A DNA stretch of 64,000 bases from Spirochaetia bacterium (GCA_034520965.1 JAXHMY010000009.1:96001-160000); one strand, 5' to 3'. Positions 1 through 9,786 are shown, numbered from the stretch's first letter. Notes: generated by a model from the sequence alone, not told the origin. Numbers and translations: made by a program.

Positions 1-861
1 CAGAATTTGCACGGCAAAATCACGGGTAGCCACGACCCAGTCGCCCAGTTCGGTGCGGTTGAACCAGCGGATTAGCATGTAAATGAGTGCCGCCGCAAAA
101 AGTGCGGTGATTATATACTTGCTCTGGTAGATGAAGTCCCACACCGCCAGAGAACCGCCGGCGGGGGCCCAGTTGATAAATACCAAAATACCGATCATCG
201 AAAGCATATACAGGCCATTCTGTCCTAAAGAACGTCCGCCCTCTTCCTCATCGTCATAGGAGAACATTGCCCCGTTGGTTACCCGGGCTGCATCCTCCTT
301 GCGGAAAATCAGGTGCATACTCAAACCGATCAGAACCGAAAACAGTATCGCTCCGACCGCCCTGGCAATACCCAGCTGCAGGCCGAGCACTTTCGCGGTA
401 AGCACAATCGCCAGAATATTGATGGCCGGCCCGGAGTAGAGGAAGGCCACTGCCGGTCCGATGCCCGCGCCCTTACGGTAAATACCCTTGAACAAGGGCA
501 AAACCGTACAGGAGCAGACCGCCAGAATAGTGCCGGAGACTGAAGCCACACCGTAAGCCAGGGGCTTGGGGGCGTCCGGGCCCAGATAGCGCATAACCGC
601 CTGCTGGTTCAGAAATACCATCACCGCACCGGCAATAAAGAAGGCCGGCACCAGACAGAGCAGCACGTGCTCGCGGGCATATTCGCCCAGCATTAAAAAG
701 GATTCCTGCAAGGCCGCAGAAACCCGCTCATTCCCGAAAGGCATGAAGTAGGCGGCCAGGAATATACCGGTCAGCAGTGTCAGCACACGGTTCTTTTTTT
801 CTCCCCAGAACCGCTTAAGAACAGAAGGGGAAGTCTTTTGCTCTTTCACTGTAGTGCTCAT
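1..861 (-). CDS. ArsP/DUF318-type permease, partial (runs off window start)
   Basis: Manual translation from ATG 861: ...EHVLLCLVPAFFIAGA...LAVCSCTVLPLFKGIYRKGAGIGPAVAFLYSGPAINILA, with the CSC and P-AIN motifs of DUF318 permeases; absent from the ORF track because there is no stop in the window. Confidence 0.85.
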   Translation of the reverse strand, partial: MSTTVKEQKTSPSVLKRFWGEKKNRVLTLLTGIFLAAYFMPFGNERVSAALQESFLMLGEYAREHVLLCLVPAFFIAGAVMVFLNQQAVMRYLGPDAPKPLAYGVASVSGTILAVCSCTVLPLFKGIYRKGAGIGPAVAFLYSGPAINILAIVLTAKVLGLQLGIARAVGAILFSVLIGLSMHLIFRKEDAARVTNGAMFSYDDEEEGGRSLGQNGLYMLSMIGILVFINWAPAGGSLAVWDFIYQSKYIITALFAAALIYMLIRWFNRTELGDWVVATRDFAVQIL

Positions 862-862
862 T

Positions 863-1249
863 TTACACCGTCTCCTTTAAGCCGAGCAGTTTACTGGCCA
901 TCCGACGCTGTACATCTCTCACAAGCTCATCGTCTATCTTAGTTTTTCCCTTTTCAACTCCGAAATCGGTGGTTTTCAGGTGGGTGAAGGGAATTCCTTT
1001 GCTTTCGAAAATCCTCTTGCCGCAGGCAATCGGGCAACCGTCAATTACAATATTTTCATCTGCAGCCTTGGCCGATTCCACAAAGCCGGAATGGTCGGCG
1101 CCCATGGCCGCCAGACAGGTCATCTTTCCCACTCCAATTTGCATTAAACCGCGGGCAACCCGATCGGCCAAAAATCCGGTATTCGCAACCCCGGAACAGG
1201 CATATATCAGTTTTACAGGGGCATCACTCATACAATCACAACTCATCAT
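863..1249 (-). CDS. DGC domain putative zinc-binding protein
   Basis: YACSG, CLAAMG and IDGCPIAC motifs; stop is 1 nt from the permease start. Confidence 0.85.
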   Translation of the reverse strand: MMSCDCMSDAPVKLIYACSGVANTGFLADRVARGLMQIGVGKMTCLAAMGADHSGFVESAKAADENIVIDGCPIACGKRIFESKGIPFTHLKTTDFGVEKGKTKIDDELVRDVQRRMASKLLGLKETV

Positions 1250-1275
1250 TATCTCCTTGGTAAAGTTTATTTCTT

Positions 1276-1311
1276 ATTTGGTAATATAACCAAATGTACA
1301 AAACTCGTCAA
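1276..1311 (-). promoter_or_regulatory. sigma70 promoter TTGACG-N17-TATATT overlapped by palindrome ATTTGGT-N6-ACCAAAT (likely ArsR operator)
   Basis: Perfect 7-6-7 inverted repeat at 1276-1295 over the -10 box; a 16/20-identical copy lies at 3877-3896. Confidence 0.7.
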
Positions 1312-1353
1312 GAGCTATTGACTTATGAACCATAAATAAACACAATAGAACCG

Positions 1354-1671
1354 ATGACCGAACAAGAACGAGTACGCTGTGAAGCTCGAGCAGCTATCTT
1401 TAAGGCCCTGGGCCATCCGAGCCGGCTCTACATTTGCGAACGTCTGCGGGAAGCGCCGCACTGTGTCTGCGAGCTCACCGAGCTGGTGGGGGCGGACACC
1501 TCTACTATATCAAAGCACCTGACCATATTACGCAATGTCGGCCTGGTGAGCAGCGAAAAAAGCGGTACCACCGTATACTACAGCCTTGCCTGCAGTTGTC
1601 TGAAGCAGTTTCTCCAGGGGGCGGAAGCCCTCCTGAAAATGAAGGCCGAAAGCGACTCCGCCGCACTGTAA
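1354..1671 (+). CDS. arsR: ArsR/SmtB family metalloregulator
   Basis: FKALGHPSRL, HCVCEL metal-binding motif, STISKHL..L...GLV winged helix. Confidence 0.9.
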   Translation: MTEQERVRCEARAAIFKALGHPSRLYICERLREAPHCVCELTELVGADTSTISKHLTILRNVGLVSSEKSGTTVYYSLACSCLKQFLQGAEALLKMKAESDSAAL

Positions 1672-1758
1672 TAAGAAAACCACTTTTTCTTTTATCATCA
1701 AGCTGGACCATGGTGCACTAGGATGCCTTGTTGACACTCAACTGTAATATGGTTATAT
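1594..1758 (+). repeat. Left copy of the long target-site duplication flanking IS1634 (165 bp)
   Basis: Identical to 3725-3888 except for one G in a G-run. Confidence 0.95.
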
Positions 1759-3724
1759 CTCGACTTTTGCAGCTAAAAAGCAAAATATGAGTCGTAACTA
1801 ACTACTTTATAACAAATTGCATGGGGGCACTAAAAACACAAGACTGTTGTGTTTTAGCCCTTTTTTTTGGATCTGCCGAAGATTTTTTTAATTTCTCCGG
1901 CAGTTCGGTATTTTCGGCTAAAGTCGATGCTCATAGTCTCTCCGATATCCGAGAGCACCTGGTCATAATAATCAAACAGATACATATTCTCTTCCAATAG
2001 TGAGCATGAGCTGCGCCTTAGGCTTTGGAGTATCTTCTGTACAGGGTACTTGCACCCGAGTCTTTTCTCCAACAACCGTAATAGCACAAGAGCTACAAAA
2101 CAGCTGAGAAAATGTGCTTCGATGTGATCTTCTCGGGAGACGTACACCGGACGGGTCTCAAGATCACTTTTAGTGACCCTGAAAGAATCCTCTATCTTCC
2201 AAAGTCCCCGGTAGATCTCGACGATGTTCTCATCCTCCTTATCAAGCTCACTGGTTACAATAGCGTAATAGCCATCGTATTTTTCTTCTTCGGCAAGAGC
2301 ATCCTTATCGGCAATGAGGAAATGTTTAGCATCACCGACCAGTTCACCGGAGGATGGGGAGAAGGTGAGGTCTTTCACATATTTGGCAGCCCCATAGGAG
2401 TTTGCTTTGGCATAGGCGGCAGGAGATGAGATGAGTTTTTGCGCTTTCGACAACACCGCCTCTCGGTCCGCCTTTGCTTTCTTGGCATAGTCAGGACTGT
2501 AGAACACAATATGCTTCTCATTGACCGAGATCTTCTGTCTCTTGCCTTGCAGCGTAGAGACATAAATCTCTCTGGGGTAGATGCGCGACTTGATCTTGAA
2601 CCCTTCCCGGCCGATCTCCCGGTACTCACTCTGATCAAGCACATATTCCTTAAAGGCTGCATCAGCAGCCCGTATTGAATAACTGAGCACGTACCCACAA
2701 CGGTCAATGAGAATCCGGCGAATGTTATCCCCGGAGATCATTCCCCTATCGCCGACCACGATAAACCGCCCCAGTTCGTACTTTTTACGGATCTGATGAA
2801 TCATCGGAATGAGGGTTTGCTTGTCGAGCATATTTCCCGGATACAAGCCGTAGGTCAGCGGAATACCGTCGGTGTCCATGAACAGCCCCATCTGGACGAT
2901 CGGATCAGGCCTGTGTTCTTTAGAGACCCCTTTACGCCTGAGCTCATCCTGCTTAGATATCTCGAAGTAGTAGTTGGTCACATCGTAGTAGACCAGTGAA
3001 GTATCCCGGCCGTAGAGCTTTTTAATCCGCTTATGTATGGCCAGGAGCATCGGATCCTTGAATTGTGCAAAGAAGGAAAGAGAGCGGTATACGTCATCGA
3101 GGGAGAAATCCATTTTATCGAAGAGCATATTCCGCTTTTCAAATGCCCGTTTCTTTGAGCCGGGGGCAAGGAGGCGGGAATAAACGAGCATCTTGAAAAT
3201 TGCGTTGTGATTGTACTGAGCATCGGTGTAGCGCCTGCGGTTGTTGATGAAATAGTCCAGCTCCATTTCGTGGTAGAGATGAGAGAAGACCACATGGCCG
3301 AAGTTCTTTCTGTTGTCAGTGCCGAGAGGTAAAGTCGAGTGAGGAGAGATGGAAAGGTCGATGGTGTGGTTCTCCTCTTTTCGAGCTTGATCCATTTGCT
3401 CTGCAACCTGTTCAAAGTGAGCGATGGGCTCATCGTACTGTTTTTCCAACACATCAAGATATCCAAGGCTCATAATCGTTTTCTGCCTTGTTTTTCCCTG
3501 GCTGTCACGAAACCCGTGCACAATTGAAAGCTGCGTACGCCCTGTCTTTGACGAGGTGCTTTTTTTCAAATACATGCTGCCCCCTCCCCTATAAAAAGAG
3601 TATAGCACATAACGTAACACAACGCAACTATTATATGTTGTTAAATTTAAAAAAAATCTCCCCTATGTTGTTATGGGAAAGAAAAATATTTTGTCGGATT
3701 ATTTAAAGGGCTGCAGAACTAGGG
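1759..3724 (-). mobile_element. IS1634-family insertion sequence (~1.97 kb)
   Basis: Transposase ORF; imperfect 15-bp terminal IRs CTCGACTTTTGCAGC / CCCTAGTTCTGCAGC (11/15); long flanking direct repeats. Confidence 0.9.
1854..3575 (-). CDS. IS1634-family DDE transposase
   Basis: YYDVTNYYFE, GVSKEHRPDPIVQMGL, VGDRGM, YRGLWKIEDSFRVTKSDLETRPVY, HIEAH motifs; likely start MYLKKS at 3575 after a G-rich RBS. Confidence 0.95.
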   Translation of the reverse strand: MYLKKSTSSKTGRTQLSIVHGFRDSQGKTRQKTIMSLGYLDVLEKQYDEPIAHFEQVAEQMDQARKEENHTIDLSISPHSTLPLGTDNRKNFGHVVFSHLYHEMELDYFINNRRRYTDAQYNHNAIFKMLVYSRLLAPGSKKRAFEKRNMLFDKMDFSLDDVYRSLSFFAQFKDPMLLAIHKRIKKLYGRDTSLVYYDVTNYYFEISKQDELRRKGVSKEHRPDPIVQMGLFMDTDGIPLTYGLYPGNMLDKQTLIPMIHQIRKKYELGRFIVVGDRGMISGDNIRRILIDRCGYVLSYSIRAADAAFKEYVLDQSEYREIGREGFKIKSRIYPREIYVSTLQGKRQKISVNEKHIVFYSPDYAKKAKADREAVLSKAQKLISSPAAYAKANSYGAAKYVKDLTFSPSSGELVGDAKHFLIADKDALAEEEKYDGYYAIVTSELDKEDENIVEIYRGLWKIEDSFRVTKSDLETRPVYVSREDHIEAHFLSCFVALVLLRLLEKRLGCKYPVQKILQSLRRSSCSLLEENMYLFDYYDQVLSDIGETMSIDFSRKYRTAGEIKKIFGRSKKKG

Positions 3725-3888
3725 AGTTGTCTGAAGCAGTTTCTCCAGGGGCGGAAGCCCTCCTGAAAATGAAGGCCGAAAGCGACTCCGCCGCACTGTA
3801 ATAAGAAAACCACTTTTTCTTTTATCATCAAGCTGGACCATGGTGCACTAGGATGCCTTGTTGACACTCAACTGTAATATGGTTATAT
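3725..3888 (+). repeat. Right copy of the long target-site duplication (164 bp)
   Basis: Repeats the arsR 3' end and the downstream intergenic region. Confidence 0.95.
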
Positions 3889-3896
3889 TGCCAATA
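3861..3896 (+). promoter_or_regulatory. sigma70 promoter TTGACA-N17-TATATT with ArsR-type operator
   Basis: Consensus -35, 17-bp spacer; ATATGGTTATATTGCCAATA matches the operator at 1276-1295. Confidence 0.75.
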
Positions 3897-3919
3897 AGTC
3901 AATATTATAGGAGGAAACA

Positions 3920-4153
3920 ATGGTATTACAAATACTCGGTTCCGGCTGCCCAAAGTGTCAGAAACTGGCGCAGAATGCACAAGCTGCTATAGATGAGGTA
4001 GGAGTCGATGCCTCGGTTGAAAAGGTAACCGATGTGGATCAAATTATGGAGATGGGAGTAGCTATGACTCCTGCCCTGGCAATTGATGGAGAAGTTAAAT
4101 CGGCGGGAAAGATCCTTTCGGCAGATAAGATCGCCGACATGCTGCGCTCATAA
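3920..4153 (+). CDS. Small redox-active disulfide protein (thioredoxin family, MTH895-like)
   Basis: ILGSGCPKC and MTPALAIDGEVKSAG; AGGAGG RBS. Confidence 0.9.
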   Translation: MVLQILGSGCPKCQKLAQNAQAAIDEVGVDASVEKVTDVDQIMEMGVAMTPALAIDGEVKSAGKILSADKIADMLRS

Positions 4154-4159
4154 AACCAT

Positions 4160-4295
4160 TGCCGCAGCCTAATGGCATACGCCGACAGTAAACTGGAGAA
4201 CTGCCCGCTCTCTCGGATAAGCCGGTATGCTCCGAATGCTGGATTCACTGCTACCGCGCGGAGGAGAGAGCGGCCATCAAAGCGGTCATAGGCTT
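4160..4295 (+). pseudogene. Fragment of a YgbA (nitrous oxide-stimulated promoter family) protein
   Basis: CRSLMAYADSKLENCP / DKPVCSECWIHCY in two frames; no start codon. Confidence 0.6.
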
Positions 4296-4316
4296 ATGTT
4301 TGATCTGAAGTTCCGT

Positions 4317-4613
4317 TTAAGATGCTTTAATGATTGTAAGTCTCAACCCCAACGCATGAAGTATTGCATCAAGAGTTTTTATAGTTGGATTTCCGTCTTC
4401 AGAAAGTGACCTGTAGAGATGCTGACGATTGAGGTTTGTCTTTTCTGCAAGTTTTGTTATGCCTCCTTGAGCATCAACGACCGTCCTGATCGCTTTAAGA
4501 AAAGCTGGTAAATTGCCATCTACCTCATAATCTTCCAAGGCTGCTGTCAAGTACTCGGTTGCCTCCGATGAATCTCTTACCAGCTCTTTTACAAAATCTC
4601 TATATGCTTTCAT
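4317..4613 (-). CDS. Addiction module antidote protein (HI1420-like HTH)
   Basis: EYLTAAL..., GGITKLAEKTNLNRQHLYRSLSEDGNPTIKTL. Confidence 0.9.
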   Translation of the reverse strand: MKAYRDFVKELVRDSSEATEYLTAALEDYEVDGNLPAFLKAIRTVVDAQGGITKLAEKTNLNRQHLYRSLSEDGNPTIKTLDAILHALGLRLTIIKAS

Positions 4614-4770
4614 TCTTCTTCCTCTCTAAATAGTCTTTCCAGTAAACCTGCGCGCGTTTGATATCCTTTGTTTGGAAAGCCTTAGCACCACCATTTAATA
4701 GAATTACCAGTGTCTTCCCTTCAATACCGAAGTAGACCCGGTAACCAGCGCCAAATGAGAATCTGAAACG
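4600..4770 (-). pseudogene. Truncated HI1419-like RelE/ParE toxin (C-terminal half only)
   Basis: RFSFGAGYRVYFGIEGKTLVILLNGGAKAFQTKDIKRAQVYWKDY; in-frame stop immediately upstream. Confidence 0.8.
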
Positions 4771-4788
4771 GTTCGATAATCACAATGA

Positions 4789-4817
4789 ATTGTCGCATAT
4801 ATACGACAATCAGTCAA
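4789..4817 (-). promoter_or_regulatory. TA promoter TTGACT-N17-GACAAT with operator ATTGTCG-N8-CGACAAT
   Basis: Perfect 7-bp inverted repeat at 4789-4810 upstream of the toxin remnant. Confidence 0.6.
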
Positions 4818-5028
4818 TACTAATCAAGCAGATCCGGATCTTTCCATAATTTCTGGGCTTCGATGAAGTCAATATTGTGTCAAGCTCTATTTCGGGAGCT
4901 AAAAAAATTTAACCGTGATCGAGGTTTCTTCAGGAGCATTTCAGCCTGAAAACTACTACTGCCAGCGCGCCTATAACACCGGCGACGGGTTCAACCATGC
5001 CTTTAGTGCTCTGCAGGTGGGTGTTGAT

Positions 5029-5923
5029 TCAAATTTGATTTTGGGTGCAATCCTGTTCTTCCGGATCTTCTATTTGAATTGTAGTATGAATTATATTGAA
5101 CTTATTATGTAAATCTTCGCTTATTCTATTGAGAAGTTCGTTCCGGTTACAGTGTGCTTTAACTACCGCGTGAACAGTAAGAGCAGTTTCAGTTGTACTC
5201 ATTGCCCAGATATGCAGGTCGTGAAAATGTTCTACCTCCGACAGAGAGTTTAAATAATTTTTAACCCCCTCTCTGTCAATTCCTTTCGGAACAGCATCAA
5301 GGGCTAAGCTTGTGGAATCTTTCAACAGGCCCCAAGTGCCCCAAAATATAATTAAAGCTATTATTATACTCATCACCGGATCGAGCCAATAAAAACTTGT
5401 AAAAGTTAACACGAGTCCGACAACGACAACTCCGAGGGATATCCCGGCATCGGCAGCCATATGCAGGAATGCACCTTTTATGTTTAAGTCTTGCTTTCTT
5501 CCAGAGAAAGAGTAATGCGGTTACGGCGTTGATTACCACACCTATTCCGGCGACAACCATAATTGTCGTTCCTTCAACTTGCTGTGGTTCGGCAAATCTG
5601 CCTATCGCCTCCCACATTATAACTCCGATTGCAACAAGAAGAATCATGGCATTCAAAAATGCCGCCAGAACACTCGCTTTTTTGTATCCATAGGTGTATT
5701 TCCCATTAGCCGATTTTTTCACGAGATAACTCGCACCCCAGGCTATAAGCAATCCAAGCACATCGCTGAGGTTATGTCCGGCATCGGCAATCAAGGCCAA
5801 TGAGTTGACAATTAAGCCGAATGTTAATTCAACAATTATAAAACCAACGTTCAATGCAATTCCGATTGCGAAAGCTTTACCGAAATCTTTTACTTCGTGT
5901 GTATGCGAATGATTATCTTCCAC
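5029..5923 (-). pseudogene. czcD: CDF family Zn/Co/Cd efflux transporter, frameshifted near 5500
   Basis: SLALIADAGHNLSD and (LH)MAADAG...HDLHIWAM in two overlapping ORFs; may be a sequencing indel. Confidence 0.85.
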
Positions 5924-6046
5924 GTTTTACCTCCAACAGTTACGAGAGATCGACAACTACGTATGCAATGAGAGTTTTCTTCTTCCCCCATTCATGCTCT
6001 GATGTAAATGTGTTGTATTGATTGCAGCTTCGATCTCCCGGTGCTC

Positions 6047-6493
6047 CTATATTATATCTTGTAGTTTTTTTAGACGGGAAAAGAATGCATCTGCTTCCTT
6101 TTTCCCCAATTCATCGACTATTCCTTCAATGAGGTGGAAATGCATATGATGATGATTGCGGTACTCTTCTTTGCCTCTCTCGGACAAACCAATAAAGTAT
6201 GAACGCTTATCCTGAGCATCCTTCGAACGGAATATATATCCCTTCTCTTCCAATCGATGCACCATGACGGTGAGTGTGCCGGTAGTCACACCTAGTATTC
6301 CGGCGAGCTCCTTCATTCTCATCTCACCACGGTTGCCGATAACCTCAATCAGATGCATTTGTGCAAGCGACACACCGGTGTCCGATACTACGCTCTGTTC
6401 CCACGAGTTCATACGTTCGAAGAATTCGGTGAGCGTTCTCGAATACTCTTCGTAGAGCTCATCTATTTGTCTAGTGATCTTTTCCATTTTCAT
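6047..6493 (-). CDS. MarR family regulator (AdcR/ZitR-like, His-rich)
   Basis: ELAGILGVTTGTLTVMVHRLEEKGY, DKRS, HHHMH. Confidence 0.85.
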   Translation of the reverse strand: MKMEKITRQIDELYEEYSRTLTEFFERMNSWEQSVVSDTGVSLAQMHLIEVIGNRGEMRMKELAGILGVTTGTLTVMVHRLEEKGYIFRSKDAQDKRSYFIGLSERGKEEYRNHHHMHFHLIEGIVDELGKKEADAFFSRLKKLQDII

Positions 6494-6613
6494 TTACCTT
6501 GATTATCAAAGTAAATGAAAAAAGTTTGATTGTCAAGGTATTCAGCACACACATCTACAAGTTGTACAATGCCTTGATTGGCGAAAATTCTCAGGCTGTC
6601 GGAACTATGGTTT

Positions 6614-7261
6614 TTATTTTTTCGTTTCTTCACGAAAGAGTATGGCAGCTTCGGTTCGGTTTGATACTCCGAGCTTTCTAAACAGGCTGGTAGTAATGTT
6701 GCGGACGCTCTTTTCGGCAATTGAGAGTTCGTCGGCGATCTCCTTGTTTAGCTTGCCTTGAGCTATAGAAGCCATAACTTGCCGTTCCCGTAAGCCTAAA
6801 GTTGGTTTGAAAGCTGCTTTCTGAAGTGAACTTTTTTTTTCTGAATCATTAAGAAGGCACTGTACCTCCGGGTCGAAAACTTGCTTGCCCTGTGCAATCT
6901 CTCTCACCGACTCAATGATATATGCTCCGTCACTATCTTTCAGGATATACCCGTCGATTCCGAGTTGTCGAGCTTTTCGTAATGTAATCTTTTCAATAAA
7001 ACCGGAAAGAATGAGAATCTTGATTTCCGGTTTAACAAAACGGACTTGCGAGATGACCGAGCTTCCATCGCCATCGTTCAGGTGCAGGTCCATAAGAACA
7101 ACATCGGCACCCGTGATGCTCCGTAGAGCAGAGTTGGTCTCTTGGATGGAAGAGGCTTCACCGATCACGTGAATATCCTGGGTGCGTTCAAATAAGCTGC
7201 GTAGTCCTTGTCGTACAATTGCATGATCATCGATGATAAAAACATCAATAGAATTAATCAT
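6614..7261 (-). CDS. NarL/LuxR family response regulator
   Basis: IIDDHAIVRQGL, LMDL receiver; GKLNKEIADELSIAEKSVRN HTH. Confidence 0.95.
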   Translation of the reverse strand: MINSIDVFIIDDHAIVRQGLRSLFERTQDIHVIGEASSIQETNSALRSITGADVVLMDLHLNDGDGSSVISQVRFVKPEIKILILSGFIEKITLRKARQLGIDGYILKDSDGAYIIESVREIAQGKQVFDPEVQCLLNDSEKKSSLQKAAFKPTLGLRERQVMASIAQGKLNKEIADELSIAEKSVRNITTSLFRKLGVSNRTEAAILFREETKK

Positions 7262-8606
7262 TAGAGTTTTCTTTTAGTGAAATTGACAGTATAACCGAGT
7301 TTCTCTTCGACGATCCATCAATTGTAAGCCTACCGTTTAGTTTATCTGCGCGATCTCTCATTGACGGCAGCCCACGGCCTTCTACTATTGTAGATGGAAA
7401 TCCGATGCCGTCGTCGATTATTGATAGGACAAGTTGCTTTGCAATCAGGCTGATTCGAATTTGCATTGTTTTTGCGTGTCCGTGCTTCACTGCATTGGAA
7501 ACAGCTTCTGTAAGTATGGCCTGAAGATCTTCTGAAGAGTATAAAAATACTGAGCTGAGCAGATCGGATCGAATGTCTGTTATAACTGTTATCTCAGCGG
7601 GAAAAACTGACTGCAGGGCATTGCAATGCTCCGTAACCATTGAGATTAGCTCCGAGCCTCTAAGGGATTGGGTTTCAGAACGACTTATGAATACTCGAAT
7701 TTCTCTGATCAGTTTGTTTAGTGAATTGCGGACGGTATATATGTCTTCAGACTCCTTTGCAAGGCAATCTGTATTAGCAACCTGTTCTAAACGGAGTCCT
7801 GTGGCGAAGAGCACCTGGATCACTTTGTCGTGCAGTTCTCTCCCTACTCTCTCCCTTTCTTCTTGCAGAAGTTGTTTTGATTTCAGATTTTTAGACTTTT
7901 CTGTTGATATTCTGTCTATACCGCGGGTAACACTCATGAATACCATAAGAGCTATGATCGCAATTCCGGTGCGAAGTAGTTCAACAGGGAATCGATATAA
8001 CTGAAAAAAGTGAAGAGGATCAACTACGATCCCGGCAAGTGCTCCGTACAGTAGGAATGTTACCGATAAAAGATAAAGGCGTCGGGGTATTTGAGGACCA
8101 CAAAAGGTAGCGAGATGCCGGCCGCTGTCATGTAAGCCGACAGCAACAAGGAGCGCCGCAGGAAATGCAATTCCAATTCGAGCAACTGCCTCTAAATAAT
8201 TTATAGTTTGTACTACATCTCTTCCTCTTTTCAAAAGGAAAAATCCTATCAACAGGTAACATACAAAGACGCCTTTTGGAATAAACCTTATACGTTTATT
8301 AAAATTGTGATAACAGAGTTCTATTCTAAGACCAAAATTCATTAAGATTACAAAAGATAGACTTGTGAACAATGTAGTAGCAACAGCGAGGGGAATGTAT
8401 GAGTCAGGGCCGACAAAATAACGAAGAAATAGGGTCGACCACTCCACTACGGCATGGATAACTCCAAACCAGCCCAGAATAGAGAGATATCGGAGGAGTG
8501 GTACCGTTGTCTCACCACGTCCTGAGGAGAAAAAAGCCGTCAGACCGAGAGTGAAGAATGATAAACCGTATATCAGGTATATTAAAACCCCAAACCACTC
8601 GGGCAC
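7254..8606 (-). CDS. Membrane sensor histidine kinase (HisKA_3)
   Basis: Multi-TM N-terminus; ERERVGRELHDKVIQ, EAVSNAVKH, DDGIGF, GRGL..MRDRA. Confidence 0.9.
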   Translation of the reverse strand: MPEWFGVLIYLIYGLSFFTLGLTAFFSSGRGETTVPLLRYLSILGWFGVIHAVVEWSTLFLRYFVGPDSYIPLAVATTLFTSLSFVILMNFGLRIELCYHNFNKRIRFIPKGVFVCYLLIGFFLLKRGRDVVQTINYLEAVARIGIAFPAALLVAVGLHDSGRHLATFCGPQIPRRLYLLSVTFLLYGALAGIVVDPLHFFQLYRFPVELLRTGIAIIALMVFMSVTRGIDRISTEKSKNLKSKQLLQEERERVGRELHDKVIQVLFATGLRLEQVANTDCLAKESEDIYTVRNSLNKLIREIRVFISRSETQSLRGSELISMVTEHCNALQSVFPAEITVITDIRSDLLSSVFLYSSEDLQAILTEAVSNAVKHGHAKTMQIRISLIAKQLVLSIIDDGIGFPSTIVEGRGLPSMRDRADKLNGRLTIDGSSKRNSVILSISLKENSND

Positions 8607-8642
8607 CCTTGTCCCCTCCGATTCATTAAAGTAAAAGTACTA

Positions 8643-9698
8643 TTAAAACCGTCCGATAACTACCTCTTCTTCGGATAAAATTCCCGCTTGTACCAATGCG
8701 CGTTGATAAGAGGTCGACTCTCGCGACATGCGGACCGTAGCTCCGCTGATACCATCTACCGACCACTGAGCGGTCTTAGTTGCACCGCTAACTACGTCCA
8801 TTCCGAATTGTCGTTGATCGTTCACCCCTTTTGCAAACTTATCAACATTCCAATTCACCAATGAGGTTACTTTTGTTGCATTCTTTCCAACAAGGTTCTT
8901 GCTTATCGAGTCGTAGTTGCCTTTCCAACCCCCAAGTCCAAAATACCCATAAGAAGGATCCTGTTCCTGTGGGCGGTTGCCGTCAAAACTTACCCCCAAA
9001 GCACCAACAAAATCACGAACGGTAGAATTGTCGTTAATGTGTGCTAATTTTCCTTGATCATTCACTACGTGTGAATATTCATCGTGGATGTGTAGTATGC
9101 TTCTACCACTGATTTCGTCAAAACTCTCGGGTTTCATAAACCCGGAACCTGAAGTGCGAATTGTTGGAACCATAAGCCCGTTATCAACGGTAAGCTCCTT
9201 CATTTGGGTTTGATAATCGAAATCCGGGCTGAACTTCATTTCCATTTGGTATCTGGTAATTGGATCAACAATTGCCACGGCTACGGTGCCGTCTGCTGCA
9301 ACAGCTGTGGCATAGAAGGACATCATGTCTGCCGTATATATGCGGAACATCGTTCTTCCCGCTTCGTAATTGCTGCCTGGTACCGCTGTGGTCGGGGTAA
9401 CCGAGAAATCGACTTCAACATACGCATTACCACTTTGTCTGGTGACCCAGTATCCGTCTTTTTTTACCCAAAACCACATTGTCGCGTCGGTGATTATGCC
9501 GTCCTCATCGAGTTCAAGTATAGTCTCGATATATTTGCCTGCATCATCGAAGGAGGTACCCTTTGCCTCGCCTGCCCATGAGTATCCAACATAGCGCCCG
9601 GCATTTAACTCGGTGGTCTTGTCTCCATCAGAACCGCAGCCAATAAGCAGTGCCGATAAAGCTGCAGTCGTTAATAAAACTGCTATTAATCTTCGCAT
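8643..9698 (-). CDS. Lipoprotein with two covalent-flavinylation-type motifs
   Basis: Signal peptide with LLIG-C lipobox; DVVSGAT and DGISGAT near the C-terminus. Confidence 0.75.
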   Translation of the reverse strand: MRRLIAVLLTTAALSALLIGCGSDGDKTTELNAGRYVGYSWAGEAKGTSFDDAGKYIETILELDEDGIITDATMWFWVKKDGYWVTRQSGNAYVEVDFSVTPTTAVPGSNYEAGRTMFRIYTADMMSFYATAVAADGTVAVAIVDPITRYQMEMKFSPDFDYQTQMKELTVDNGLMVPTIRTSGSGFMKPESFDEISGRSILHIHDEYSHVVNDQGKLAHINDNSTVRDFVGALGVSFDGNRPQEQDPSYGYFGLGGWKGNYDSISKNLVGKNATKVTSLVNWNVDKFAKGVNDQRQFGMDVVSGATKTAQWSVDGISGATVRMSRESTSYQRALVQAGILSEEEVVIGRF

Positions 9699-9774
9699 TG
9701 TTTTGCTCCTAAAAAATAGTTTAGTAATTAGATAATGATACAAAGATACTTTCAGAAAGCAGTTGTTGCAATAA

Positions 9775-9786
9775 GGACATTTGTCC
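9775..9786. promoter_or_regulatory. Palindrome GGACA-TT-TGTCC, candidate NarL/DosR-type regulator site
   Basis: About 80 bp upstream of the lipoprotein start; resembles GGGAC-N4-GTCCC boxes. Confidence 0.4.

Noticed and set aside
1594..3888. 165-bp duplication as an assembly artefact
   Set aside because: It abuts both IS ends exactly and long duplications are a known property of IS1634-family elements
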